Origin: a virus
DNA: 64,000 nucleotides
Direction: 5' to 3' (one strand)
IMG/VR virus record: IMGVR_UViG_3300036766_000678
Coordinates: 1-64,000 of that record
Positions within the stretch are counted from its first letter, which is position 1, and every line of letters begins with the position of its first letter. Both the position numbers and the translations under genes were made by a program. Shown here piece after piece: positions 29,561 through 40,182 of this stretch. The notes beneath the pieces were generated by a model. The model searched no databases. It was given only the letters and a program-made list of their open reading frames with translations, and was not told where the DNA came from.

Positions 29561-29739
29561 TTCAAATTCTTCTCATATTTCATTTCCAAGTAATCGAGAT
29601 TATCCATAGGAACATAGTAGGGAGTACTTTTAAAAAAATGATACCATTTTTCATTTCGACAATACGGTGGTAGAAATAACAAAGATAAATTATTATGTTT
29701 GTCAAATGGCTGCTTACACCATTTGCAAAAAGCATTCAA
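29557..29739 (-). CDS. NLEYLE-family small Cys/His protein
   Basis: CKWCKQPFDKH ... VPMDNLDYLEMKYE. Confidence 0.8.
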   Translation of the reverse strand: MNAFCKWCKQPFDKHNNLSLLFLPPYCRNEKWYHFFKSTPYYVPMDNLDYLEMKYEKNLK

Positions 29740-29758
29740 TTTTTAGCTTCCCCATATG

Positions 29759-30661
29759 TCATTTCAACACTTCCTTCGCTTTTTCTATATGAGTAAGTGC
29801 CTCTTTAATTATATCAGGTGAAACAGCTTGTTTCAATCCCGCTTGCTTAACAACTTCTACTAGATCAAATTCGGTAAATTGTGTATTCTCTAATGAATTA
29901 ACAAAGTTATTTAGTTCCATTTCTCTTTCCCTCTCTTCAGTAACTGCTTCTAAATTCCATTGTGCTAACGAAGCTGATTTAAGAAGAACAGGAGTAACGG
30001 ATAACGGATTAGTTTCTATAATTAAAACTTGGGGAATTCTACGTCTACTGTCTATACTCCATCTTGCAATGGAACCTGGGTTATGAAATTTTCCGTAATC
30101 GAAAGGACTATGCCAATGCCCAAGAAGAAATAAATCGGCATCTGTTTCGACATCTTTTGGGTGCAAATATTGAAAAGGTAAACTTTCAATGGCTATGAGG
30201 TATTGATGAGCTACAGCAACCTTGAAATAATCTCTATACTGCTCTTCAAACATATATGATTTAGGTATTTCCAACGAAGTGTGGTAGCCTTTTATAACAA
30301 GTTTATTTTTCTCATCTACAAGAGTATCAAGCTTATTTACAAGACCAGCTTCTATAAGATTGCCTAAACCACTATTATCTACAGTTTCATGATTGTATCC
30401 AAGAAGCCCATGATTGCCCAAGAGCGTATAGATAGGAGCTAGGGAATTTTTTAAATGTTTCATTAGATCTGTAATAAGTTGATGAGATACTTTTTGTTTA
30501 TCTAGAAAGTCACCACCATGAATTAAAATATCCACTTTGTTATCTTTGCCGATCTGAAGGATTTCTTCTAGTTCGACAAATTGGGTCCTGTACCAATCGT
30601 CGATCCGCCATTTCGGTGGGCTAGAACGCATGTGAGTATCTGTCAGATAAAGAATTTTCAT
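29759..30661 (-). CDS. sbcD: SbcD/Mre11 nuclease
   Basis: TDTH, HGGDF, GNHG, AHQ, GHWH, NPGS metallophosphoesterase motifs. Confidence 0.9.
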   Translation of the reverse strand: MKILYLTDTHMRSSPPKWRIDDWYRTQFVELEEILQIGKDNKVDILIHGGDFLDKQKVSHQLITDLMKHLKNSLAPIYTLLGNHGLLGYNHETVDNSGLGNLIEAGLVNKLDTLVDEKNKLVIKGYHTSLEIPKSYMFEEQYRDYFKVAVAHQYLIAIESLPFQYLHPKDVETDADLFLLGHWHSPFDYGKFHNPGSIARWSIDSRRRIPQVLIIETNPLSVTPVLLKSASLAQWNLEAVTEEREREMELNNFVNSLENTQFTEFDLVEVVKQAGLKQAVSPDIIKEALTHIEKAKEVLK

Positions 30662-31956
30662 TTATCAATCCATCCCATTTGACGAAAAGACCAATAGGCG
30701 CACAAAAAATCAACCCCAAAGAAAGCTTGTGACGGTGTAGTATTCCCAATATAATCATCTACAGAATAGGGTCGTCTTTGGTATCTAAATTCCTGAGCCC
30801 CACTCCACCAAAGCGGCAACGGCTGTGTAGAAACTATATCACCTTTTAGAAAAGGCAGTGGTGTATATTTCTTTAATTCGATCCCCAAATTCTCTAATTC
30901 ATCAGTTTTAGTAGAATTAACCTTTTGAACATTATTCAAATCTTCCACATAAAATTCATTCAACAATGTAACGCAAGGTTGTAAATCTTTTTTAATATCA
31001 AAATGCTTTCCACATAAATAAGCTACCCAAGCATTGCCCTTATTTTTGTTTAATTTCCAAATACGTTTCAGACCCTTTATATATTCAGTATTATAAACAT
31101 CTAGATCAGCTAAAATAGAAAGATGAATAGCCGCTCTATGATCGTCATTCAAATTATTAAAAGTTAAAAAGAAAACTTTTGGATATTTGTATAACCCCGC
31201 ACTACCATAAATCTCTTTAATATTCCAATATTCTTCCAAGTATTTATTATCTTCTGTAATAGTAGAGGCGGTTAATAAAATTGCCATGCAAAGAGTTAAT
31301 TGTAATGGATCAGTTTTCCATCCATTAATAAGCTGCCCATAAGTTGTGGGATTACCATCTGCCCCAATCAAACAATAATTATGATTTAAAAGTTCATCAG
31401 CCAATCCTCGAATTAAAACTTCTGCCTTTTGTTTGATATCGGCATCTCCATATTTCCAAGCATAATAAATCCCCAACAAATGCCCAGTAGCCCCGTCATT
31501 AGAAACATCGTCTATAAAAGTATTTTTAGGATCTAACGGATCTTGCACCCCACGAATCAAACGTCTAATGGATTCTCCATGGGCTGTTTGATGAAGATCC
31601 AGTCCTATCATTCCCCGTCTAATTTTTTCCAAATCATTAAAATCTTTAGTAACAGAATATTTAATGGCCCACATTGCAATAGTAATTCCTGTCCAGATCG
31701 CTTCATCTCCCACATCATCAAAATTAATTCCCCAACTTATTGTAGAGTCATATACAAGTCCATCGTGATAAAATTGCTGGAGATTATTTTCGAATTTGAC
31801 TGCTTTATCCTCTAATGATTCTGAATATTTAAGAATCATAGGACGAGCAAACTTATCAAATGGATTCCAAATACTATTAATAGTATCAGCCAAACATATC
31901 AAAATAACTTTTACAACATTTGTTAAAAAAATAATTGGGTGGTTAAAAATTATCAT
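30658..31956 (-). CDS. Hypothetical Trp/Tyr/Asp-rich helical protein, possible (alpha/alpha) toroid
   Basis: DVGDEAIWTG, DVSNDGATGH, DPLQL; fold guessed from the pattern. Confidence 0.35.
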   Translation of the reverse strand: MIIFNHPIIFLTNVVKVILICLADTINSIWNPFDKFARPMILKYSESLEDKAVKFENNLQQFYHDGLVYDSTISWGINFDDVGDEAIWTGITIAMWAIKYSVTKDFNDLEKIRRGMIGLDLHQTAHGESIRRLIRGVQDPLDPKNTFIDDVSNDGATGHLLGIYYAWKYGDADIKQKAEVLIRGLADELLNHNYCLIGADGNPTTYGQLINGWKTDPLQLTLCMAILLTASTITEDNKYLEEYWNIKEIYGSAGLYKYPKVFFLTFNNLNDDHRAAIHLSILADLDVYNTEYIKGLKRIWKLNKNKGNAWVAYLCGKHFDIKKDLQPCVTLLNEFYVEDLNNVQKVNSTKTDELENLGIELKKYTPLPFLKGDIVSTQPLPLWWSGAQEFRYQRRPYSVDDYIGNTTPSQAFFGVDFLCAYWSFRQMGWIDK

Positions 31957-32324
31957 TTCTTTTCCTCTTTCTTAACCAAATGGATGTATATTTTCAAATT
32001 TTTGGCAGTAGCTTTTTCAATCATACTAGCCGACCCTCTTGATTTTCCATCCCAACAAATTATAAGAGCATCTGCATTATCAGCCATAATACCGTTTCGT
32101 ATTGGTCCCGCTGCTTTGCTATAAATTTTCCAATCTGGAAGAAACACTTTAATAGGTATTCCATTCTTATTGGCCCAGTCTATTCCTAATTGATCTACTC
32201 CCGAAGCTCCACCTGAAATAACCAAATTAACTTGAAAACCACTATCTTTAATAGCTTTCTCAAGCTCTAATGGATCTGTAATTGTTCTACTTCCAGCTAT
32301 TATTACACGCATATTTCCACTCAA
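31953..32324 (-). CDS. SLOG/YspA-like (DUF2493) protein
   Basis: IIAGSR, ISGGASGVD, AAGPIRN, WDGKSRGS. Confidence 0.85.
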   Translation of the reverse strand: MSGNMRVIIAGSRTITDPLELEKAIKDSGFQVNLVISGGASGVDQLGIDWANKNGIPIKVFLPDWKIYSKAAGPIRNGIMADNADALIICWDGKSRGSASMIEKATAKNLKIYIHLVKKEEKK

Positions 32325-32493
32325 GATATTCTAAGTTATCTTCTGAAACATACCCAAGACAACGGCATTCATCCCATGAATTTGTTACTTGGACTAAACA
32401 TCCACGTTCTTCATAACTATCTATAAGAGCCCAATTTTTTAAATGGGCAAACTTATGATGACCGCATGTTCTACATCTTCCCTGCTTATCCAT
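32287..32493 (-). CDS. NLEYLE-family small Cys/His protein
   Basis: CRTCGHHKFAH ... CRCLGYVSEDNLEYLEWKYA. Confidence 0.8.
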   Translation of the reverse strand: MDKQGRCRTCGHHKFAHLKNWALIDSYEERGCLVQVTNSWDECRCLGYVSEDNLEYLEWKYACNNSWK

Positions 32494-32851
32494 TATTGAA
32501 AAGGCTCATTTATCTAACTCCATCATTTGTGCGTATAATTGTATTGCCATTTCTCTCGGGTATCTTTTTGCGGCAAGTTCTTGAGAGACATTTCCAGCGG
32601 ATTGCCATAGAGCATCTAAAATTGCATTAATGGCATAGGATTCTTTTATATCATTCATACATTCATCTTTTCCAGCACTTCAACTACCATATATTCTTTT
32701 CTTGCTAATTCTAAATGCTTATAACAATAAATTCCATAACCGTTACCTTCTGCATCAGTTAACTCCCGAACAGCCAAATTATCACAAAGATAGCCTGAAG
32801 GCAACCTATAGAAACATAAACCATTTTTCTTTGTGTGCCATTTAGTACACA

Positions 32852-33970
32852 TTAAATATTTACCCCTATTGTACTTCGATTACAAATTGGACACACTCCT
32901 GCTACTTTAAGCATATCAGAATATTGCTTTGAAGTCTCTTGATATTTTTGCTCTACTTGTCCCAACTCATCAGTCTTACTTACAAGTTCATTTTGATTTT
33001 TAGCAATTCTACTAGCTAGATCTAGTAAAATCTTGTTATGTCCAACTTTCTGGACCATAACAGGTATAACGTCCAAAGAAATGGACGTTAAGAGTTCTTG
33101 GAGCTTAGTTTGCTTATCAAATGTTAGATTAAACTCTGAAATTCTACTGCATAATTTGCGAAAGGTATCAATTTTTGATACTTTTTGCAAAAGAGACTCA
33201 ATATTACCTACCTCAACTTTGGTTAAAACAGCTTCTTTAGCCGTTTCTTGCTGCCACGATGCCTTCCAACCATTAACTCGCTCAAATAGGCTTCTGATTG
33301 CGTTTAATCGGCCTTCCTGAACACTAAGAGAAGCCAATCTAGCCTCTATTTCCTGTACCAACAAGGCAAACTGCTCAATTTGAGCAAGTTTATCTACCTG
33401 ACCTTGTAATTCCACTAGCTCTTTCTCTTTAATTACCTTTTCAGTTGAATAACTACGCCCCTCACGATTTATTTCTCGAATTGCAGAATCTAAAATGTGG
33501 GCACCTGAAAGCTTACCAAAGACTTTCGCCTTGTAACTATTTGATTGGCTTAAGAGAAAGAGATTTTCAAGCTGAGACGACAGATTCAGATTAATGGAAT
33601 CTTTAGAATCTATTTGTACTTCATGTATTCTTAAAGCTTTTTGAACAGCCTCTGGAACCCCTACCCCGAAATTCTCGAATGTCTGGGGTTGGGCACCAGG
33701 AAGAGTAAGAATATATTTATTAACCTTATCCCCTTTCTGACGCTCAACAATAATTCCTGTATCTGTTTCGATTATAATACGGGCAAACTTACAACCACTT
33801 CTCACCCAAGACTTATCAAAATTTCCAAATAATACACAAGACAAAGCTCTGCTAACAGACGATTTTCCTACATTAGAAACACCTACAATAGTTGACAGAT
33901 GGGGAGAAAATTCAAATACTGAATTTTCGTGGGATTGGAAGTTCTCCAACTTTAAAGTCTTTATATACAT
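32852..33970 (-). CDS. sbcC: SbcC/Rad50 N-terminal ATPase half ending at the zinc hook
   Basis: LENFQSH, Walker A GVSNVGKS, Q-loop SSQ, coiled coil, terminal CPIC. Confidence 0.85.
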   Translation of the reverse strand: MYIKTLKLENFQSHENSVFEFSPHLSTIVGVSNVGKSSVSRALSCVLFGNFDKSWVRSGCKFARIIIETDTGIIVERQKGDKVNKYILTLPGAQPQTFENFGVGVPEAVQKALRIHEVQIDSKDSINLNLSSQLENLFLLSQSNSYKAKVFGKLSGAHILDSAIREINREGRSYSTEKVIKEKELVELQGQVDKLAQIEQFALLVQEIEARLASLSVQEGRLNAIRSLFERVNGWKASWQQETAKEAVLTKVEVGNIESLLQKVSKIDTFRKLCSRISEFNLTFDKQTKLQELLTSISLDVIPVMVQKVGHNKILLDLASRIAKNQNELVSKTDELGQVEQKYQETSKQYSDMLKVAGVCPICNRSTIGVNI

Positions 33971-33978
33971 TCAAACTA

Positions 33979-34407
33979 TTAGGCATTTACAGGCGAGATG
34001 ACTTTACTGAAAAATTCATCCTTGTGTTCATGATTCAAGCCTATTTTATTAAGCAGAAATTTAAAATCTGTCAAGTCTGGACGAAGCAACTTATATTCAG
34101 ATTTATCCTTCGCATTTAGATCTATGCGCGACAATTCCCGAAAAAGAAGAAGAGCCCTGTCAACAAGCTTATTCAAAACCCAAGCTTGCTTATGAATTTG
34201 AATAATTATCTTTTTACCAGTCAGAGTTCTATATAGGCCATTGGTTACATTCGTTTTCACTTCCCATGAATTCTTATCTCTATCAAGAAAAATCAAACAT
34301 AAATCTTTTCTTCCGATGTGGATAAATCTGTCGGGAAATTTATTAAAGAGTGTGTCTACCATTGTTGTTACATCACTTGTTACATCTGAGTACTTGCCTT
34401 TTGCCAT
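33979..34407 (-). CDS. Phage metallopeptidase-like fold protein without HExxH
   Basis: IIQIHKQAW...ALLLFRELSRI...PDL; putative zinc ligands replaced. Confidence 0.35.
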   Translation of the reverse strand: MAKGKYSDVTSDVTTMVDTLFNKFPDRFIHIGRKDLCLIFLDRDKNSWEVKTNVTNGLYRTLTGKKIIIQIHKQAWVLNKLVDRALLLFRELSRIDLNAKDKSEYKLLRPDLTDFKFLLNKIGLNHEHKDEFFSKVISPVNA

Positions 34408-34776
34408 TTTACTTGCTCCTTTTCTTGTTTAAGAATGTAGTAATCTCTTTTGCAAATGCCCTATCATACACAGTAGCTACAACATTAGGGAATCCTTCAT
34501 CATCAATTTCTTTTAAATCTTCAATGTCATATGTATAATAATCATCGAAGTCTTGATCAGCAATTCGTACAACTTTATATCTATCCATTTTTCTTTACCT
34601 TCTTTGTTGTAATTGTATTTTCTACTCTAACCATATGTTCTCTTATAGCTAGTTCCAATGTTTCTTGTGGTGTCTTTCCAAGACTTGCTGCCAACAACTT
34701 AAGCTCTTTTTCATCTTTGCCTGTAAAAGTTACAACTCTGCCCTTCATTTTAATCATTTTAATTTATCTCCTCTAT

Positions 34777-36192
34777 TTATTTTAATTCCCATTTAGTTTT
34801 ACCACAATCATAAATACGATAAAACCCCTTCTTTTGAGCTTCTAATTCTTCATCCATTCCAGCTTTAACTCTAAAATTAAATTTATGAACTCTTTTAAAA
34901 CTATCTGTATACTCGTAATCTGGAGGTAGTTCTTTAACTTTCCCAAATCCAAGCTTCTGATACATACTGCCATCGAATAAACGATTATCTGAAAAAGTAA
35001 CTATGGAAACAACATCCGGTATATTTTCTTTAGCCCAAGTTAATGCCTTACTATGTGGATTCCAAGCTTTAAAGTTATGATCCCAAAATGCTCTGTTCCA
35101 ATCTAAAATCCCATTGAGCGACTTCTTAAAAGACCATCCACCAATAACTTGATCCCTATAGTATGCTAAAAGATATTTGGTAGCGTATACTTTTCTACCA
35201 GAAAGATAATGAAATTTGTCATGTACTTCTTGAAATTCTTCCTGGGATACTTCTTTTATTTCAAAATTATAAATACGTTTTGAATTCTTGAAAGATCCAC
35301 AAGCATTTAAAATAAGATTTAGAAAGATATCTTTATGATGAATCCACTCATCTGAAAAAATACCTATATATTTAATTCCCAATTCTTTCAATTGATTGTA
35401 CTTTTCAAAATCTTTTTGCATACGACCATTTTTAAATTTAGAACTATGCCACAATATTCCATTATATTCAATGGCAACTTTAGACATAGGATCGTAAATA
35501 TCTAATTCTTTTCTTACTAATATACCTCTAACACTAAATTTTAATTTAGGAAGATAAGTTTTTAGAATATTATACACATTTTTAGATGCCTTTGAAGTAG
35601 GTCTAGGGAAAATCCACCCACAACCACAGGATTGAGATTTATTATCAGCCACATCTGCAAATCTAATATATTTCTCTTTTCCACAATCACATCTAAATAA
35701 ATATTTTAATTCCTCTCTAGGCATAATAAAATCTGGCAGATCCTTATCTAATAATTGTAATTTACCAAATTTCTTAGACAACCAATATTGTTTAGACATT
35801 CTACTACATTCACCACAACTAACTGACAGCCCCTTAACTGCCGTAGAAAAACATATCTTCTTCTCAATTCCACATTTACATTTAAATAAATATTTAGTAT
35901 TTGTAGACGGGGCAATGAGAGGAGGTAAATTTAAATCAATAAGAATCCAATCACTAAAATTTTTATTTAACCAATACTCTTTTGTTTTTGAAGTACATTG
36001 TCTGCACGACTTGGATTTTCCTTCAATAACATCTTTAAATATAATTATTTTCTCAGTACCGCACTCACATTTAAATAAGAACTTCTTATGAGAATGTGGG
36101 GATAACTTATCAGGTAAATTATTATTTACTAAAGATAATTTACCAAATTTCTTAACTAACCAGTATTCTTTAGAATAACTTTCTTTTGTCAT
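34777..36192 (-). CDS. Hef-like/PD-(D/E)XK putative homing endonuclease with three Cys-rich repeats
   Basis: 3x FxCxCGxEK...SC repeats; ELDIY...AIEYNGILWH; IVTFSDNR...YQKLGF; RIYDCG. Confidence 0.7.
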   Translation of the reverse strand: MTKESYSKEYWLVKKFGKLSLVNNNLPDKLSPHSHKKFLFKCECGTEKIIIFKDVIEGKSKSCRQCTSKTKEYWLNKNFSDWILIDLNLPPLIAPSTNTKYLFKCKCGIEKKICFSTAVKGLSVSCGECSRMSKQYWLSKKFGKLQLLDKDLPDFIMPREELKYLFRCDCGKEKYIRFADVADNKSQSCGCGWIFPRPTSKASKNVYNILKTYLPKLKFSVRGILVRKELDIYDPMSKVAIEYNGILWHSSKFKNGRMQKDFEKYNQLKELGIKYIGIFSDEWIHHKDIFLNLILNACGSFKNSKRIYNFEIKEVSQEEFQEVHDKFHYLSGRKVYATKYLLAYYRDQVIGGWSFKKSLNGILDWNRAFWDHNFKAWNPHSKALTWAKENIPDVVSIVTFSDNRLFDGSMYQKLGFGKVKELPPDYEYTDSFKRVHKFNFRVKAGMDEELEAQKKGFYRIYDCGKTKWELK

Positions 36193-36197
36193 AGTTA

Positions 36198-38669
36198 TTA
36201 ATCGTCAAAATCAGGACAAATATCATCTAGTCTATTTCCTAATGGGGAAAAAGTTCCTGTAGGATTGAATCCCGTAATTTTATTAAAATCTTTTCCTTTA
36301 ACTGCTTTTACAGCTTGCTTAAAATGACTTTCTGTAAGAAGAAGCTTGTTATTAGCATCGTAAGCCTTTTCATCTATAGCATAGATAACTGCTAAATTAC
36401 AAAGTTCCCGTACTTGTGCTCCCGTCATTTTTTCAGATTCTTTACCAGCGACTTCATTTAAAAAGGGAAGTGCCTCATCAACTAATCCATTGCTAAATAC
36501 CTTTAGCATTTGTAATCGTTCATTTTTATTTGGCAAAGGAAAATCAACCACTTTATCAAAACGCCCAGGCCGATTTAGAAGAGCTGTCTCTAATACTTCT
36601 TTATTATTAGTAGTAGCGATTGTAATAATATCAGTATTTTCTTGAACTCCATCGAGTTGATTCATCATTTCCCCCAACAAAGCAGGATTATGATTAGTTG
36701 CCCTATCCCCGCCGTAAAGGTCTATATCTTCGAGTAGCATAATAGTAGGTGAAAGATCTTTGCATAATTGAACAATTTGTGCAATCTTTCTAGCCCCACC
36801 TTCCAAATGTTTTGGTGTCACCCAAACAAGAGTCCACTGCACTTGATTACACAATACCTTTGCCAACATCGACTTACCAGTATTATGATGTATTGTAAAA
36901 TCTCCTGTGAGATATAAATGATCTTTAGGCAAAGCAAAACCATAATAAGAATCAATCGAAAGCTTTTCTATACCAAACCCAACACGACGAACATCCTTGT
37001 TCATTATTCGTTTTATACATTTTTTACGTTTTAATAATACAGGAACTTTATACACATCCCCAAAAATACTAATTCTAAAATATTCTCCTTCAAAATACTT
37101 ATGATCTCTAATATAACAACCTTTAGTACATAATTTTTTGGAGGCAGAAAAACCTAAAGATCGACATAAGTAAACAATATTATCTGCTAAGTCTTCAGAT
37201 TTTGTAATGTAATCGAAAGATTTACCTCTACCTCGTCTACTAGCAACTCCACCAGTTTTATCTGCATATCCATCAGTATCAATTAAACCTGCGAGTAATT
37301 CCAATCTATCTTTTTCATTAGAAGTTAAATACTCAAATGGAATATGTTTATTATTTAATACATTTAGATTTTTAAGTTTATCAAGAAATTTATTCTCATT
37401 ATAACCTGTATGGCCATTAGTCAATCTAACAGTTATACTTTTATTATTTCCACCTTTATATGCAATCGAATACCCCAATCCTAATTTTTTTCCATAGTTA
37501 ATCCAAGCATCAAAAATAGGTTGATCCATGGTAGTCAACGCTGTTTCTTTAGATGTACCATCTCCAAGCCAAAGACCTAAAATATATGGTGGAATAGATA
37601 AATCTTTTTTGGAAAAAGTAATGCCTGTTCTTACTAATTTTAACCTATTTCTAACAGAAGGTTTTATTGTTAAAAAATCTTTTACAGTTATATTCATTGG
37701 AAATTGGAAATTCATTTCTTTACCAGAAAATTCTAAATGTAAAATATGATGCCCATTCACTACAAAAGATTCCCCTTTATTGGGAATAATCTTATACATA
37801 GTTTCTTGGCCATTAGCTAATTGCAATACTTCTCTACTTGTACTATCTGGTCCCATCAATAAATCCCCAACCTTAACATCTTCAACATTCTTAGTTGTTC
37901 CATCATACATAAGAATCTTAGTACCTTTTGCATGGCATCCTGGCTGACCACTTAAAATTAATCCACGCTTAACTTGCAAACCATTCTTACGGTAAATTTC
38001 CCTTGACTCAATAAGATTCAAAAGATTTGTTCTAATATCATCTTTAATTTTCTCAGGCAAGATAAGATCTGACCAGTCATATTTTTTGTCAAATTTAATA
38101 AAATTACAATGAGGATCAATTTTCTTACCCCGTAAAAAGTTATGCTCTTCTCCATATTTCTTCATCTCTTCTAAAAAAGCATTAGCGTCTGGAACAGAAT
38201 CTTTTCTACTTGCAAATTTAAATTTGTAGTCATCTCTATAACCTTCAGATAACCCAATAATATACCTTACCTTATCATTCGAAATGAAATAATGACCATA
38301 TCCTAATCTACTAACTTTTTCTGTTTCTGATATTTCAATACTACTAAAAGAGGGAGCATATTCCCCGTCACTCTCAATTCCAATAACTCGATCAATATTT
38401 AAACCTTTGCTTTTTATAAAATCTGGAAGTATATATCTAAAAACAAGAGAATTTGCGAGAGGACATGTAAAATCTGCAAAAACAACATCATCAAGTGAAT
38501 CTGCCTGAAGAAATCTTTTAAAAGAGCCCATTTGATAGTCATTATTCCAACGGGATTCCTTAAGGGCCTCAACGTAATTTTTTGCGGTCATATTTTGAGA
38601 AAGTATGGGCGGTATATTATCAAAAGATGATTGCTCTTGGTGTTTAGGTGGTTTGGGGTGATTTGACAT
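36198..38669 (-). CDS. Classical-clade AAA+ ATPase (CDC48/FtsH-like, no protease domain) containing an intein
   Basis: GQPG|TGKS, LLEDID, ATTN, LNRPGRFD, MTGAQV. Confidence 0.88.
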   Translation of the reverse strand: MSNHPKPPKHQEQSSFDNIPPILSQNMTAKNYVEALKESRWNNDYQMGSFKRFLQADSLDDVVFADFTCPLANSLVFRYILPDFIKSKGLNIDRVIGIESDGEYAPSFSSIEISETEKVSRLGYGHYFISNDKVRYIIGLSEGYRDDYKFKFASRKDSVPDANAFLEEMKKYGEEHNFLRGKKIDPHCNFIKFDKKYDWSDLILPEKIKDDIRTNLLNLIESREIYRKNGLQVKRGLILSGQPGCHAKGTKILMYDGTTKNVEDVKVGDLLMGPDSTSREVLQLANGQETMYKIIPNKGESFVVNGHHILHLEFSGKEMNFQFPMNITVKDFLTIKPSVRNRLKLVRTGITFSKKDLSIPPYILGLWLGDGTSKETALTTMDQPIFDAWINYGKKLGLGYSIAYKGGNNKSITVRLTNGHTGYNENKFLDKLKNLNVLNNKHIPFEYLTSNEKDRLELLAGLIDTDGYADKTGGVASRRGRGKSFDYITKSEDLADNIVYLCRSLGFSASKKLCTKGCYIRDHKYFEGEYFRISIFGDVYKVPVLLKRKKCIKRIMNKDVRRVGFGIEKLSIDSYYGFALPKDHLYLTGDFTIHHNTGKSMLAKVLCNQVQWTLVWVTPKHLEGGARKIAQIVQLCKDLSPTIMLLEDIDLYGGDRATNHNPALLGEMMNQLDGVQENTDIITIATTNNKEVLETALLNRPGRFDKVVDFPLPNKNERLQMLKVFSNGLVDEALPFLNEVAGKESEKMTGAQVRELCNLAVIYAIDEKAYDANNKLLLTESHFKQAVKAVKGKDFNKITGFNPTGTFSPLGNRLDDICPDFDD
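36882..37937 (-). mobile_element. Intein with LAGLIDADG homing endonuclease (352 aa) in the AAA+ Walker A motif
   Basis: Starts CHAKGT, ends TIHHN before Thr; LGLWLGDG and LAGLIDTDG. Confidence 0.92.
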
Positions 38670-38678
38670 AAATATTCC

Positions 38679-39986
38679 TTAAGCTAACTCGTAATTAAAA
38701 GGTCGAATTATACGTTCATATTTCTTTTCTTTATCTGCTTCGGAGACAAACAACCAACGACTATCTCCTACAACAAATTTAGAATTAGTTTCCCACATAA
38801 CCTGTACAGGATTATTACTCATTATTCCTACACCTTGAGCATAACTATCAGTCCCGATCATGCTACCATTAATTATTATCTGAATGCCTGAGTTTGTTTG
38901 AAAATGGCAAGGCTGGTGAACATGCCCAAAAATAAATAAAGAAAAAGGTTTCCTATGATGAATACGTTCTTCCTCATTAACCCGATGAGCTTGAACTTCA
39001 ATTCGTTCCGTATTAATACTCTTTCCAGGATTGCCTGTGATAAATACTCCATCTGAATGTGTTAAATATACCCTATGTTTTTGAACACGAATTTCTGCAT
39101 AAGGACTTTTTGGGACAACAACTTCAATCTTTGAATCTTTAGAAAAATAACGAGACAAAGAATAAAATATAATATTTTCAAAAGAATCATACTTTTGAGA
39201 AAGAGCACGGCCCTTATCAGCCTTGTGTTGAAATCTGCCGTGGTTGCCAGGAACACATACAATTCGAATCTTTGGAAAAAGATCTTTAATATATTCGAAA
39301 CCCTGAATAAAATAGCTTAATGCCCCATTTACTTGATGAGTAATCAAATCATAATCAGGTCCTTCTTGATTATGTATAATGCCACCAATCAAATCCCCTC
39401 CAAGAAGAAATACAACTTCTTGATGCAAACTTCTCTGTTCCATTTTATAAGTGGCAATCTGATCTATGATAAAACCAAAACGACGAGCAGCAATTTCCCA
39501 ATTAAACTCATTTTTTCCACCCAGCTCTTCTTTATCAACGTGAGTACCAAAATGTACATCGGTTAAAGCAACACAAATAGAACGTGGAGTAGCATCATGC
39601 AATTCTTTTGTGGCAACTCCTTTGATATATTCTTTTGTTGTCTTTTCATCCAGAATCTTAGGCTCTACTTTAACCTTGCTTAATGTTTTAACAAGGGATT
39701 CAGTAAGTTGTTCTGAAAACATCTCCCAAGATCCATATTTTTTTTCTAATTTGGACAAATATAATTTGCGTTGTTTATTAAGTTCTATATCTTTAAGCTG
39801 TTTTTCAAACGGAAAATAAGTATTTAAAACAGTAGAAAAACCCCCCACCTTCCGCAAATCCCATTCAGAAATTTTAGACAATTCTTTAAACTGAGCTTTT
39901 CCCAACTTATATGGTTCTAACCCAAGCTTATCTGAAATTCGTTCAATTTCTTTTACAATATCTTTCACTAATTTGCTATCGGACAT
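38679..39986 (-). CDS. Calcineurin-like metallophosphoesterase
   Basis: DVHFG, GGDLIGG, PGNHG, HSDG, GHVH. Confidence 0.8.
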   Translation of the reverse strand: MSDSKLVKDIVKEIERISDKLGLEPYKLGKAQFKELSKISEWDLRKVGGFSTVLNTYFPFEKQLKDIELNKQRKLYLSKLEKKYGSWEMFSEQLTESLVKTLSKVKVEPKILDEKTTKEYIKGVATKELHDATPRSICVALTDVHFGTHVDKEELGGKNEFNWEIAARRFGFIIDQIATYKMEQRSLHQEVVFLLGGDLIGGIIHNQEGPDYDLITHQVNGALSYFIQGFEYIKDLFPKIRIVCVPGNHGRFQHKADKGRALSQKYDSFENIIFYSLSRYFSKDSKIEVVVPKSPYAEIRVQKHRVYLTHSDGVFITGNPGKSINTERIEVQAHRVNEEERIHHRKPFSLFIFGHVHQPCHFQTNSGIQIIINGSMIGTDSYAQGVGIMSNNPVQVMWETNSKFVVGDSRWLFVSEADKEKKYERIIRPFNYELA

Positions 39987-40182
39987 TTTATAACTCCTTT
40001 ATATCTAAACTTTAAAGACTTCGCATTACGGCAATAAACGCATAATTACTATACAAACACTAGATGCCCCTAGGAAATAAAAAGCCCAAGGAAGTGGCGC
40101 GATATAGGACGCGCCATAAAAGGCACTTGCAGCAGTGGCTAACAATGTTTTAACGATTACGGGGTTCATATTAATTCTCCTT

